A stretch of DNA of 39,848 nt. It comes from Eubacteriales bacterium. Lineage in GTDB: Bacteria > Bacillota > Clostridia > Oscillospirales > JAAYXM01. The notes beneath the pieces were generated by a model that saw nothing but the letters and a program-made list of their open reading frames with translations, did not search any database and was not told the origin of the DNA. The stretch is taken from contig JAZQIE010000134.1 of NCBI GenBank assembly GCA_045540975.1, positions 1-39,848 of the forward strand. The letters run 5' to 3'. Below are positions 22,286 to 34,118 of this stretch, piece after piece (position 1 is the first letter of the stretch; each line of letters opens with the position of its first letter). The translations under genes and the position numbers were made by a program.

Positions 22286-24922
22286 ATGGCAAAGCAGTTG
22301 GATAAAGTTTATGATCCGAAGCACGTTGAAGAACGGCTGTATCAATTTTGGCAGGATAACGGCTATTTCCGTGCGGAAGTAGATCCGAACAAACCTGCAT
22401 TTTCAATCGTCATGCCGCCGCCAAATGTCACAGGTCAGCTTCATTTGGGGCATGCATTCGACTCAACCCTTCAGGATATTCTGACCCGTGTAAAGCGTAT
22501 GCAGGGGTATAGTGCTCTGTGGCTTCCCGGCACTGATCATGCGGGCATTGCAACTCAGATTAAGGTCGAAGAGAATCTGCGTGTCGAACAGGGCCTCACC
22601 CGTTATGATTTGGGACGCGAAAAGTTCTTGGACCTTGTTTGGGATTGGAAGAACAAATACGGCGATCGTATCGTTGAACAGCAGAAGAAGCTCGGCACCT
22701 CCTGCGATTGGAGCCGCGCTCGTTTCACCATGGACGATGTTTGTGCAAAAGCTGTTCGCGAGGTCTTTGTTCGTCTGTACGAAAAGGGACTCATCTACAA
22801 AGGCAGCCGCATCATCAACTGGTGTCCGAACTGCACCACCGCACTTTCCGATGCAGAAGTCGAATATGCGGAAAAAGCAGGCCATTTCTGGCACATTAAG
22901 TACCCGATTGTCGGTTCCGATGAGTATCTCACCATCGCAACCACACGCCCCGAAACCCTGCTGGGTGATAGCGCTGTTGCAGTTCACCCGGATGACGAGC
23001 GTTACAAACACCTGGTCGGCAAGAAGGTCTTGCTGCCGCTCATGAACCGTGAAATTCCGATCGTTGCCGACGAATACGTCGAGATGGACTTCGGTACCGG
23101 TTGTGTTAAGATCACCCCGAGCCATGACCCGAACGACTTTGAGGTCGGTAAGCGCCATAATCTCGAAGAAATCCTTGTGATGGACGAGAATGCATGCATC
23201 AATGAAAACGGCGGCAAATACCAGGGTCTTGACCGTTACGAAGCTCGTAAGCAGATCGTTGCGGACTTAGAAGCGGAAGGTTATCTCTTGAAGATTGAAG
23301 ACCATGCGCACAACGTCGGCTCCTGCTACCGTTGCGGCACCGTTGTTGAGCCGATCACTTCTGCGCAGTGGTTTGTTAAGATGGGTCCGCTTGCGGAAGA
23401 AGCAATCCGCGTTGTTAAGGACGGCACCATTCAGTTTGTGCCCGACCGTTTCAGCAAGATTTACCTCAACTGGATGGAAAATGTCCATGACTGGTGTATC
23501 TCCCGTCAGCTTTGGTGGGGTCACCGCATCCCGGCATTCTACTGTGATGAATGCGGCCACACCAACGTATCCCGCGAAGACCCGACCGTTTGTGAGAAGT
23601 GCGGCTCAACTCACCTGACACAAGACGAGGATGTTCTGGATACCTGGTTCTCCTCCGCGCTTTGGCCGTTCTCCACTTTGGGTTGGCCGGAAAAGACACC
23701 GGAACTCGATTACTTCTATCCGACCTCTGTTATGGTCACGGGCTACGATATCATTTTCTTCTGGGTTGCCCGTATGATTTTCTCCGGTATGGAGCAGATG
23801 GAAAAAGAGCCGTTTAAGACCGTCTTTATCCACGGTATCGTTCGTGACGCGCAGGGCCGCAAAATGTCCAAGTCTTTGGGCAACGGCGTTGATCCGCTGG
23901 AAATTGTTGAAAAGTACGGTGCAGACGCACTCCGCTTCTCTCTCGCAACCGGTAACTCTCCCGGTAACGACACCCGTTTCCACATCGAGCGCATTGAAGC
24001 AAACCGCAACTTTGCGAATAAGATTTGGAATGCTTCCCGTTTTGTGCTCATGAATCTCACCGACGAAACTCCGTACATGTTTGACTCCGCTAAACTGGAA
24101 CTTCCGGATAAGTGGATTCTCACCCGTTACAACCGACTGGTACGCGAAGTTACCGACAACATCGACCACTATGAGCTCGGTGTTGCCGCACAGAAGCTTT
24201 ACGACTTTATCTGGGACGATTTCTGCGATTGGTACATCGAACTGGTCAAACCGCGTCTTTCCGACGGCGCGGAAAACCGCGAGACCGCAGAACGTGTTCT
24301 GTGCTATGTCCTTTCCAACACGTTAAAGCTCTTGCATCCGTTCATGCCGTTTATTACCGAAGAAATTTGGCAGACTCTGCCGCATGAAGGCGAGTCCATC
24401 ATGATTTCCGAGTGGCCGAAGGCCGATGATTCCCTCGTCTTTGACGATGCGGCAACCATGGAAGTTTTGATGGATGCAATTCGCGGCATTCGTAACCGCC
24501 GTGCGGAAATGAATGTACCGCCCTCCAAGAAGGCGCATTTGATTGTTGTTTCCGAATCCGACGATACGCGCAATGCATTCAATGCAGGTGAAGCATTCCT
24601 TGCAAAGCTCGCTTATGCAAGCAGCATTGAAGTGGTATCCGATGCTCCGTCCGATATTTCCGGCATGGTCAGCGTAATTACCAACGCGGCTACCCTTTAT
24701 ATCCCGATGAGCGAACTGATTGATTTGGAAAAAGAAATCGCACGTCTGAATAAGGAAAAAGAAAAGACCTTGAAGGATGTCAATATGCTCAAAAACAAGC
24801 TTGCAAACGAAGGCTTCCTTGCAAAGGCTCCGGAAGCGGTTGTTGCGGCAGAGCGCGAGAAACTTGCAAATGCAGAGGCTCGCCTTGAAAACATTGAAGA
24901 GAGTTTGAAGCAGCTGAACTGA
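22286..24922 (+). CDS. valS: Valine--tRNA ligase
   Basis: ORF is 22211-24922. The start is placed at ATG 22286 ([15 protein letters not shown]), after AAGGAGGA. Class I motifs QLHLGHAF and [10 protein letters not shown]-terminal coiled coil. Confidence 0.97.
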   Translation: MAKQLDKVYDPKHVEERLYQFWQDNGYFRAEVDPNKPAFSIVMPPPNVTGQLHLGHAFDSTLQDILTRVKRMQGYSALWLPGTDHAGIATQIKVEENLRVEQGLTRYDLGREKFLDLVWDWKNKYGDRIVEQQKKLGTSCDWSRARFTMDDVCAKAVREVFVRLYEKGLIYKGSRIINWCPNCTTALSDAEVEYAEKAGHFWHIKYPIVGSDEYLTIATTRPETLLGDSAVAVHPDDERYKHLVGKKVLLPLMNREIPIVADEYVEMDFGTGCVKITPSHDPNDFEVGKRHNLEEILVMDENACINENGGKYQGLDRYEARKQIVADLEAEGYLLKIEDHAHNVGSCYRCGTVVEPITSAQWFVKMGPLAEEAIRVVKDGTIQFVPDRFSKIYLNWMENVHDWCISRQLWWGHRIPAFYCDECGHTNVSREDPTVCEKCGSTHLTQDEDVLDTWFSSALWPFSTLGWPEKTPELDYFYPTSVMVTGYDIIFFWVARMIFSGMEQMEKEPFKTVFIHGIVRDAQGRKMSKSLGNGVDPLEIVEKYGADALRFSLATGNSPGNDTRFHIERIEANRNFANKIWNASRFVLMNLTDETPYMFDSAKLELPDKWILTRYNRLVREVTDNIDHYELGVAAQKLYDFIWDDFCDWYIELVKPRLSDGAENRETAERVLCYVLSNTLKLLHPFMPFITEEIWQTLPHEGESIMISEWPKADDSLVFDDAATMEVLMDAIRGIRNRRAEMNVPPSKKAHLIVVSESDDTRNAFNAGEAFLAKLAYASSIEVVSDAPSDISGMVSVITNAATLYIPMSELIDLEKEIARLNKEKEKTLKDVNMLKNKLANEGFLAKAPEAVVAAEREKLANAEARLENIEESLKQLN

Positions 24923-24936
24923 TTGGAGGACTTGCC

Positions 24937-26199
24937 ATGACCTATCGGGAAGCGCTGGATGCAGTCCAATCCACTCCGCAGTTTTCTTCAACAAGCACCC
25001 TGTCCAGAATCAATTTTCTTTTGGACACGCTCAACCGACCGGAACAACAACTCAACATTGTTCATGTGGCAGGCACCAACGGAAAAGGCAGTACTTCTAC
25101 CATGACAGCACGTGTATTGGAAGAGCACGGTTATAAAACCGGGCTCTTCCTTTCCCCATATGTGGTCACGTTTCGGGAGCGGGTTTCGATCAACGGAGTC
25201 CCGATATCGGAAGATGCGTTTGCCTGCCTTGCGGAATCACTCTTGCAGATTGCCTACACAATGCCTGACAAGCCCAATTTTTTTGAACTTATGACCGCAT
25301 TGGCATTGCAGTATTTCGCAAATCAAAACTGTGATTTTGCGGTACTTGAGGTCGGCATGGGCGGAAGGCTTGATGCGACAAATGCGATTTCAACTCCCCT
25401 TGTTTCCGCCATCACCCCGATTGCACTCGACCATACCGCATATCTCGGTGATACCACAGAAAAAATCGCGTTTGAAAAGGCCGGAATCATCAAGCGCGGG
25501 TGCATTGCCGTCTCTGCATCCGCACAACCTACCGATGCCATGAATGTCATTCAATCCGTCTGTGCAGAAACAAAAGTACCGCTTTTTGTTGCGCCAAAAC
25601 CTCAAAATGTGCGCTGCACTTTGGATGAAACCCATTTTTCACATCATGACAGATCGTTCCGTTTAAAACTCCTCGGTCCTCATCAAGCGGACAACGCTTG
25701 TACCGTTCTTACAATTTGCGAAGCGCTGAAAGAACAAGGGGTACCACTTCTGGATACGCTCTGTGCAAGCGGTATCGAGAAAGCAAGTTTGCCTGCGCGT
25801 TTGGAGGTACTGTCACGCCACCCGTATTGTCTGTTGGACGGCGGGCACAATCCCGCAGGCATTTCAGCGTTGTTTACTTACTTAAACCGTGTGGAACACA
25901 AAGGAACTGTCATCACGGTATTCGGCTGCTTGAAAGACAAAGGGTTTGAGGAAATGTGCGGTATCGTTTCTCAAAACAGCGATATTGTCATCACAACCCT
26001 GCCCCCGTCTCCGCGAGCGGCTGACGCTTCCATTCTGGCACCGCACTTATCGGTCCGAGAGTTGTATCATTGCCCGATTCCGCGCGAAGCATTCGAGAAG
26101 GCGGTACAGCTTTCTTCACCGGACGACTTGATTGTCATCTGCGGCTCGCTCTATCTTGCGGGTGAAATCAAGCGCAGCCTGATTCGACAGGATATTTAA
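24937..26199 (+). CDS. folC: Bifunctional folylpolyglutamate synthase / dihydrofolate synthase
   Basis: 420 aa. Mur-ligase P-loop VAGTNGKGST. The valS-folC synteny is typical of Firmicutes. SD GGAGGA. Confidence 0.9.
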   Translation: MTYREALDAVQSTPQFSSTSTLSRINFLLDTLNRPEQQLNIVHVAGTNGKGSTSTMTARVLEEHGYKTGLFLSPYVVTFRERVSINGVPISEDAFACLAESLLQIAYTMPDKPNFFELMTALALQYFANQNCDFAVLEVGMGGRLDATNAISTPLVSAITPIALDHTAYLGDTTEKIAFEKAGIIKRGCIAVSASAQPTDAMNVIQSVCAETKVPLFVAPKPQNVRCTLDETHFSHHDRSFRLKLLGPHQADNACTVLTICEALKEQGVPLLDTLCASGIEKASLPARLEVLSRHPYCLLDGGHNPAGISALFTYLNRVEHKGTVITVFGCLKDKGFEEMCGIVSQNSDIVITTLPPSPRAADASILAPHLSVRELYHCPIPREAFEKAVQLSSPDDLIVICGSLYLAGEIKRSLIRQDI

Positions 26200-26214
26200 A
26201 CGAAAGCATGTATA

Positions 26215-26250
26215 ATCCCCATGTAGGACAAGCTACATGGGGATTTTTGT
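26215..26250 (+). terminator. Intrinsic terminator after folC
   Basis: ATCCCCATGTAG (26215-26226), loop GACAAG, CTACATGGGGAT (26233-26244), then TTTTTGTTTT. Confidence 0.75.
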
Positions 26251-26268
26251 TTTGAAAGGAGGATTTTT

Positions 26269-26610
26269 ATGAATGTGATGAGTGTTACCCATAACGGAGA
26301 AACCACGATTTGTTTGGAAGGTGAACTGGATCACCACGCGGCAAAGCCGATTTTAACACGAATTATGCAAATTTTAGACATTGAAGCACCGCACAGTCTT
26401 GTCATCGACCTCAAATCACTTAGTTTTATGGACAGCTCCGGGATTGCGGTTATATTACAAACATTCCGTCGTACCAAAACATTCGGAAATAAGTTTTCTG
26501 TTATTAACATTCCGACACACGCATTTCGCATTTTTCGTGCCGCAGGTTTAACTCGCATGATTCCGATGCACGAACGCCCCAAAACCGAAAGGAGGACTCC
26601 CATCCGATGA
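26269..26610 (+). CDS. spoIIAA: Anti-sigma-F factor antagonist SpoIIAA (STAS domain)
   Basis: 113 aa. STAS fold with the phosphorylatable-Ser context SFMDSSGIAVIL. First gene of a three-gene cluster with 4-nt overlaps. Confidence 0.9.
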   Translation: MNVMSVTHNGETTICLEGELDHHAAKPILTRIMQILDIEAPHSLVIDLKSLSFMDSSGIAVILQTFRRTKTFGNKFSVINIPTHAFRIFRAAGLTRMIPMHERPKTERRTPIR

Positions 26611-27056
26611 AACCAATCAACGAAATGTCATTGACCCTTACAAGCAAATCCGCAAACGAAGGCTTTGCCCGCACCGCGGTTGCGGCGTTTGTCGCGCAAC
26701 TCGATCCCACGCTCGATGAGCTTGGCGATATCAAAACCGCGGTCAGCGAAGCGGTCACGAATTGTATTGTTCACGCTTACCCGGATACCATGGAGAAAAT
26801 CTACATAAAGACACGTTTATTTGAAAACAATCTCGTTGAGATTACTGTCCGCGATCGCGGTGCCGGAATTCCGAATGTGGATCAGGCGCGTGAGCCGATG
26901 TATACCACAGGCGACTCAGAGCGGAGCGGCATGGGATTCACCATCATGGAAAGCTTTATGGATTCGTTGAAGGTACGTTCCGTTTTGGGAAAAGGTACTA
27001 CCGTGACCATGACAAAACGAATCTCCATGCGCCTTTCCGGGAGGCAGACGCCTTGA
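26607..27056 (+). CDS. spoIIAB: Anti-sigma-F factor SpoIIAB (Ser kinase, HATPase_c)
   Basis: 149 aa. N-box SEAVTNCIVHAY, G-boxes DRGAGI and RSGMGFTI. Confidence 0.9.
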   Translation: MKPINEMSLTLTSKSANEGFARTAVAAFVAQLDPTLDELGDIKTAVSEAVTNCIVHAYPDTMEKIYIKTRLFENNLVEITVRDRGAGIPNVDQAREPMYTTGDSERSGMGFTIMESFMDSLKVRSVLGKGTTVTMTKRISMRLSGRQTP

Positions 27057-27754
27057 ACAATCAGGCTGAATTGATTGCTTCCGCGCAAAGCGGCGATACC
27101 GATTCCTACGAGAAACTAATCGAGCAAAACACCCCACTGGTTTGGAGTATTGTGCGGAGATTTGCTTCGCGTGGGATTGATTCCGACGATTTGTTTCAAC
27201 TCGGCTGTATGGGGCTGTTAAAAGCCATTCAAGGGTTTGATGCGAATCTGGGAAACCAATTCTCCACCTATGCTGTTCCGAAAATTGCAGGTGAAATCCG
27301 CCGTTTTTTAAGAGATGACGGACCGATTAAAGTAAGCCGTTCTCTCAAAGAACGTGCCTATCATTTAAACAGATTACGCGAATCACTGTGTCAAAAGCAC
27401 GGCAGAGAGCCCACACTCTCCGAACTTTCCGAACAAAGCGGGTGGTCACTCGAAGAGATTGCAGAAATCGATTGCGCGTGCTCCCCTACCGATTCGTTAA
27501 GCAGAGACGCCTCAGAAGACGGTCCCGATTTGGAATCAACTTTGGGCGACCAAGGGATTGAAGACACGGTTTTGGACCGCGTTACGATCACCGATGCCAT
27601 AAAGTCACTTAGCACGCGGGAGCAAATTGTGATTTCGGCGCGATTCTTCCGCGGATTGACCCAAGACAAAACCTCGAAATTGCTCGGTGTTTCTCAAGTT
27701 CAGGTTTCCCGAATCGAGCGTACCGCAATTAAAAAACTGCGTGAATTGCTGTAA
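27053..27754 (+). CDS. sigF: Sporulation sigma factor SigF
   Basis: 233 aa. YAVPKIAGEIRRFLRDDGPIKVSRSLKE and LGVSQVQVSRIERTAIKKLR. Synteny directly after spoIIAA-spoIIAB. Confidence 0.9.
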   Translation: MNNQAELIASAQSGDTDSYEKLIEQNTPLVWSIVRRFASRGIDSDDLFQLGCMGLLKAIQGFDANLGNQFSTYAVPKIAGEIRRFLRDDGPIKVSRSLKERAYHLNRLRESLCQKHGREPTLSELSEQSGWSLEEIAEIDCACSPTDSLSRDASEDGPDLESTLGDQGIEDTVLDRVTITDAIKSLSTREQIVISARFFRGLTQDKTSKLLGVSQVQVSRIERTAIKKLRELL

Positions 27755-27775
27755 CACAATCACGCAGTTTTTTTA
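27736..27775. terminator. Intrinsic terminator after sigF (convergent gene stop abuts it)
   Basis: ACTGCGTGA (27736-27744), a 15-nt loop, TCACGCAGT (27760-27768), then a T-run. The 5' arm lies inside the last sigF codons. Confidence 0.7.
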
Positions 27776-28174
27776 ATACCGTTTCAAACGAATCCGAGTG
27801 GCGGAAAGGATTCCGCCAAGAAGGCCTCCGATTAAGCAGCAAAGAAGGAGTTTCAACTCCCATGTACTCGGTGCCAAACGGAGAAACACCAAAAGACCGG
27901 TCAAATAGGACAGCGCATATTGAACGATACCGTGTATGATGCCGAATACCAATCCGCGCCCCAACTGTTTTCCGGACAGATACGCGCTGAGTACACAAGA
28001 TAACAGCCCAACCGCAGCAGGAATCCAATTTACAGCGGTCTCGGGCAGCCACTCAGCCCAAATCATCACAGAGGAAACAAGCAAAAGACACAGACCAAAG
28101 AAAAACCCAACAAGTGCATTCAGCAATAACACCAACGGAGTTTTCCAAGCACTTGCCCCTTGTTCCTGATACAT
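27773..28174 (-). CDS. Small integral membrane protein (TIGR04086/YrzE-like by size, topology and position after yajC)
   Basis: 133 aa with four hydrophobic spans. My recollection is that B. subtilis has yrzE next to yrbF (yajC). The family call is tentative. Confidence 0.55.
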   Translation of the reverse strand: MYQEQGASAWKTPLVLLLNALVGFFFGLCLLLVSSVMIWAEWLPETAVNWIPAAVGLLSCVLSAYLSGKQLGRGLVFGIIHGIVQYALSYLTGLLVFLRLAPSTWELKLLLCCLIGGLLGGILSATRIRLKRY

Positions 28175-28223
28175 AAAAAATCCCCTCCAAGCACGATGTT
28201 GTTCTATCCATATGCTTGGAGGG
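28175..28223 (-). terminator. Terminator/attenuator after yajC whose 3' arm contains the SD of the next gene
   Basis: On the minus strand: CCCTCCAAGCA (28223-28213), a 19-nt loop, TGCTTGGAGGG (28193-28183), then GATTTTTT, then ATG at 28174. Confidence 0.6.
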
Positions 28224-28229
28224 AAAATT

Positions 28230-28589
28230 TTATTCTTCTGTGGTTTCTTCGTTTTCAGCCGCAGGCTCGTCTTTCGGAATCACCTGACTGACAGCTGCGC
28301 GGAGCATACGGATTTTGTTTCTGTCCGCACCGGTTTCGAGGGTGATCTGATCGTCCTTGATGTTGGTAACTTTACCGACAATGCCTCCGATGGTAACGAT
28401 TTCATCGCCTACGCGAAGATTGTCGCGCATATCGTTGATTTGTTTGTTTTTCTTCTTTTCCGGACGGATAAGGAAGAAATAGAACACAACAAAAATCAGA
28501 ATAATCGGCAAAAAGGACATCAACGGGTTCGGCTGTTCGCCATTTGCTGCCGCAGGAGCCTGCGCCATCAAGAATGCAAGAATTTCCAT
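28230..28589 (-). CDS. yajC: Preprotein translocase subunit YajC
   Basis: 119 aa. A single TM helix, then FFLIRPEKKKNKQINDMRDNLRVGDEIVTIGGIVGKV, the YajC signature. Confidence 0.9.
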   Translation of the reverse strand: MEILAFLMAQAPAAANGEQPNPLMSFLPIILIFVVFYFFLIRPEKKKNKQINDMRDNLRVGDEIVTIGGIVGKVTNIKDDQITLETGADRNKIRMLRAAVSQVIPKDEPAAENEETTEE

Positions 28590-28661
28590 AAATGAAAAAC
28601 CTCCAAAAAATGTATTACTGTTATTATAACGGATTCTATCGAAAATTACAAGAAGAACTTT

Positions 28662-30831
<2,170 letters not shown>

Positions 30832-30844
30832 GAAAACGTCCTTT

Positions 30845-32542
30845 TTATGTATTGGAGATTGTGACATCGGTATAATAGAAGTGTACGATTTCTTCTCCGG
30901 TAAAGCCTTGATTTGCCATACCCTTCGCACCGTTTTGGCTGAGCCCGACATTGTGTCCCCAACCTGTTCCGTTTACCACAAACACATTGGAATCACCTAC
31001 AACTCCGCCCGACGGCGTGCCGCCAACCGTATTGGTTGCTCCGACTTGATAAGAGGTTGTTCCGCTTGACGAACGAACAACCACGGTATCGCCGCTCTTG
31101 AGCGACACAATATTGCCGTTTTGACCGATGACAGAAATCCCCTCAAGCAGCGCGCACGTGTAATCCGAGAAATTGACAAACAAGGTGCTTCCGCCCACGC
31201 TCGGATTTACAACCGTGCCACTTCCCTTTCGCGTGATGGTAAAGCGCTGGCTGTAGGTGTGTTTGTTCAATGTATCACTGTTTAGAATATTTCTGGTGGC
31301 AGACTTTTGAATGACAAGCGTTTTTCCGTTCTCATCCACAAACGTCATGCTGAACATATTGCCCATGTTGGTATAAATCGGTCGGACATCCACAATTTTT
31401 CCGATTTCATAGCCCTTGGCATTCAAAATCCATTGAATATCCTCACCCGTGTATTCCGCGCTCCAACGCCCGTGTGTCGCCGCGTTCAAATCCTCATACG
31501 GGTCACGGACACCGCGCAAATAACCGTTATGACCGCCCCAGACATTCTCCGAGTCTTCGGTCGCACCGCCATTCGAGGAGTGGTACACAGCGCTGATGGG
31601 TTTTCCTTCGTATAAAATGTACATACCGTTGGTGCTCTCTACCGCAAGGTCGCTGTTTTCGGATGCGGAATTGGTACCGCGGTAGACCTGACAATCGGTG
31701 GTGTTGCACAAATCAAAGCCTTTATGCTTTCCAATATTGGAATATGCATAGGTACGGGCGCACATCGCCTGCGCGCGGAGTGCCTCCTGCGGCCATGATG
31801 CGGACATTTCATAAGGCAAGACGCCCTTAACATAATCCTGCATGGAAACGATGTTGCACACCGTGATATTCCCTGCATTGCGGCTGTATTCAAATCCGCC
31901 GTAATATTTATATCCTTTAAACCATGTCTGGGTTGCTTGTCCGACCGGCGAAATACCCAGTGTTCCGTCATACTCAAACAGAATGCTTCCGCTTACAGTA
32001 TCAATTACAGTAATGGTGGTAACGCCGTTTCCCATTGCAACCGCGGGTTCACCGAGGTTGACCGTTTGCACAGCGGCATTTGCAGCGGCGAGAGAGACAT
32101 ACTGCCCCACACGGATGACATATCGATCCCCTTGCCACGCGACAAACGCTTCATGCCCGCGCAGTTTCAGAGACTCTGCCATTGCACGCGCTTCGGAAGG
32201 GTCGGTATACGTGGTGGAAAGCTGCAAATGAAATGCACCGATTACTTTGCTTCCCTGCGGTGCACCCGATTCATACAAGGTTGCATCGTTGTGATAAAAA
32301 TTCATATCCTTGAGCATACTGATTCGCTGCTGATTGATGCTGAATCGTGCAATAAAATTGCGCGCGGAATCAAATTCGCCCAAGCGGTATCCGCTTCCCA
32401 CATTGTTTTGCAGATTTGCACTCGGAAGTGCACCCGAACTATAGAAGAGTCCTATCTTCAAAGTGGGGTTTTCCGGAGGTGTTGCTGATGCAACTGTCAG
32501 AATTGTGCATAAAATAATAAGTGAAAGAAACAGTTTTTTCAT
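30845..32542 (-). CDS. SpoIID/LytB domain protein with signal peptide and SPOR-like domain
   Basis: ORF is 30845-32590. The start is placed at ATG 32542 ([20 protein letters not shown]), after AAGGAG. SPOR-like [45 protein letters not shown]. SpoIID blocks [42 protein letters not shown] and [17 protein letters not shown]. Confidence 0.85.
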   Translation of the reverse strand: MKKLFLSLIILCTILTVASATPPENPTLKIGLFYSSGALPSANLQNNVGSGYRLGEFDSARNFIARFSINQQRISMLKDMNFYHNDATLYESGAPQGSKVIGAFHLQLSTTYTDPSEARAMAESLKLRGHEAFVAWQGDRYVIRVGQYVSLAAANAAVQTVNLGEPAVAMGNGVTTITVIDTVSGSILFEYDGTLGISPVGQATQTWFKGYKYYGGFEYSRNAGNITVCNIVSMQDYVKGVLPYEMSASWPQEALRAQAMCARTYAYSNIGKHKGFDLCNTTDCQVYRGTNSASENSDLAVESTNGMYILYEGKPISAVYHSSNGGATEDSENVWGGHNGYLRGVRDPYEDLNAATHGRWSAEYTGEDIQWILNAKGYEIGKIVDVRPIYTNMGNMFSMTFVDENGKTLVIQKSATRNILNSDTLNKHTYSQRFTITRKGSGTVVNPSVGGSTLFVNFSDYTCALLEGISVIGQNGNIVSLKSGDTVVVRSSSGTTSYQVGATNTVGGTPSGGVVGDSNVFVVNGTGWGHNVGLSQNGAKGMANQGFTGEEIVHFYYTDVTISNT

Positions 32543-32569
32543 GGAAGTCTCCTTTTTCTTTTGTAAAGG

Positions 32570-32598
32570 TTGACACCTTGTTGCAAGCATGATATGAT
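32570..32598 (+). promoter_or_regulatory. Sigma-A promoter of the lysine-riboswitch leader
   Basis: TTGACA (32570-32575), a 17-nt spacer, then TATGAT (32593-32598). It lies only 28 nt from the divergent SpoIID-domain gene start. Confidence 0.65.
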
Positions 32599-32615
32599 AT
32601 TGATAACAAAATATG

Positions 32616-32770
32616 GTATGGATAGAGGCGCAGTTTTCATCAGTAACACGGCAAGGGTTCCGGTTTCGCCCGATGAACCGTATGTGAAAGGGGAAATTGC
32701 CGAAGGACTATGTCCCGGGTGCATAGGGTCTGGATGCCGTGGTGAAAAACCCTGCGTCTGTCATCGAAGG
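32616..32770 (+). promoter_or_regulatory. Lysine riboswitch (L-box) aptamer
   Basis: The conserved L-box blocks appear in order: GATAGAGGCGC, AGTAA, GAAAGGGGAAATTGCCGAAG, CTGG, CTGTCA. It lies upstream of the lysine/DAP pathway genes asd-dapA-dapB. Confidence 0.85.
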
Positions 32771-32834
32771 TTTGATGAAGAGCTATCTGCTTTTGTAACA
32801 TAGATACATCCATGTATCTATTATATTACAAAAT

Positions 32835-32861
32835 CAGTCGGTTTTTCAACCGACTTTTTTT
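32835..32861 (+). terminator. Intrinsic terminator of the L-box expression platform
   Basis: AGTCGGTT (32835-32842), loop TTTC, AACCGACT (32847-32854), then a T7 run. Confidence 0.8.
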
Positions 32862-33013
32862 CTGCCTACACAAACAATTTCGCAGAATGCTTCGCATTTC
32901 TAACTTCTTTGCATATACTATCGTAGCAAATCCTTTGTTTTGTAGAAAAAAATCACTTTTTCGCCATTTTTGTAAATTTATAGCCGCAAATTGCGGATTG
33001 GAGGTAAATCATT

Positions 33014-34093
33014 ATGAAACAGTACAATGTCGGTATCATCGGCGCAACCGGTATGGTCGGTCAGCGTTTTGCAACCCTGCTGGAAAACCATCCGTGGTAC
33101 ACAGTAAAGGCACTTGCAGCAAGCGGCCGCAGTGCAGGCAAAACCTATGCGGAAGCATTGGACGGCCGTTGGAAAATGGAAACTCCGATTCCGGAATCCA
33201 TGAAGGATATGGTTGTCATGGATGCAACCAAGGACATCGAAACCATCGCAGGCATGGTAGACTTTGTCTTCTGCGCCGTTGATATGAAAAAGGACGAAAT
33301 CCGTGCTTTGGAAGAAGCATATGCAAAGGCGGAATGCCCGGTTGTTTCCAACAACAGTGCACACCGCGGTACTCCGGACGTCCCGATGATTATTCCGGAA
33401 ATCAACGCACACCATGCAGAAGTCATCCCTGCACAGAAAGCAAGACTCGGCACCAAGCGCGGTTTTATCGCTGTCAAGTCCAACTGCTCGCTGCAGAGTT
33501 ATGTCCCGGCAATCCATCCGTTGATGGATTTGGGTGTTACCAAGGTCCTCGCTTGCACCTACCAGGCAATCTCCGGTGCAGGTAAGACTTTTGAAACATG
33601 GCCCGAAATGATTGACAACGTCATCCCCTACATCGGCGGCGAGGAAGAAAAGTCCGAGCAGGAGCCGATGAAAATCTGGGGCGAAGTGGTTGACGGCAAA
33701 ATCGTCAATGCAACCGCACCCGCAATCACCGCACAGTGCCTGCGTGTTCCGTGCTCCGACGGTCACATGGCAGCGGTCTTCGCATCCTTCGACAAGAAGA
33801 TTTCCCTTGACGAAATCAAAGAGCGTTGGGTCACCTACCGCGGCCGTGCGCAGGAGCTTAATCTCCCCAGCGCACCCAAGCAGTTCCTCCACTACTTCGA
33901 GGAAGACAACCGTCCGCAGACAAAGCTGGACCGTAACCTGGAAAACGGTATGGCGGTTTCCATCGGCCGTCTCCGTCCGGACACCCAGTATGACATCAAA
34001 TTCATCTGTCTCTCGCATAACACCCTGCGCGGTGCGGCAGGCGGGGCGCTTCTCGCAGCAGAACTTCTCACCGCTGAAGGCTATATGGACTAA
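33014..34093 (+). CDS. asd: Aspartate-semialdehyde dehydrogenase
   Basis: 359 aa. N-terminal Rossmann VGIIGATGMVGQRF, active-site Cys context KSNCSLQS, and HNTLRGAAGGA near the C-terminus. SD GGAGGT. Confidence 0.93.
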   Translation: MKQYNVGIIGATGMVGQRFATLLENHPWYTVKALAASGRSAGKTYAEALDGRWKMETPIPESMKDMVVMDATKDIETIAGMVDFVFCAVDMKKDEIRALEEAYAKAECPVVSNNSAHRGTPDVPMIIPEINAHHAEVIPAQKARLGTKRGFIAVKSNCSLQSYVPAIHPLMDLGVTKVLACTYQAISGAGKTFETWPEMIDNVIPYIGGEEEKSEQEPMKIWGEVVDGKIVNATAPAITAQCLRVPCSDGHMAAVFASFDKKISLDEIKERWVTYRGRAQELNLPSAPKQFLHYFEEDNRPQTKLDRNLENGMAVSIGRLRPDTQYDIKFICLSHNTLRGAAGGALLAAELLTAEGYMD

Positions 34094-34118
34094 TTGAGAA
34101 AGGAACGTGTGATCGTCT

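Noticed and set aside
32586-32622. A sigma-E promoter call for the SpoIID-domain gene (CCATATT-N13-CATATCAT on the minus strand).
   Set aside because: The -10 matches the CATACA-T consensus at only the first four positions and the last position. It is too weak to annotate as a feature, so it is mentioned only as context in a finding.
32570-32803. A 77-aa ORF on the plus strand upstream of asd.
   Set aside because: It coincides exactly with the lysine riboswitch promoter and aptamer, and it has no SD.
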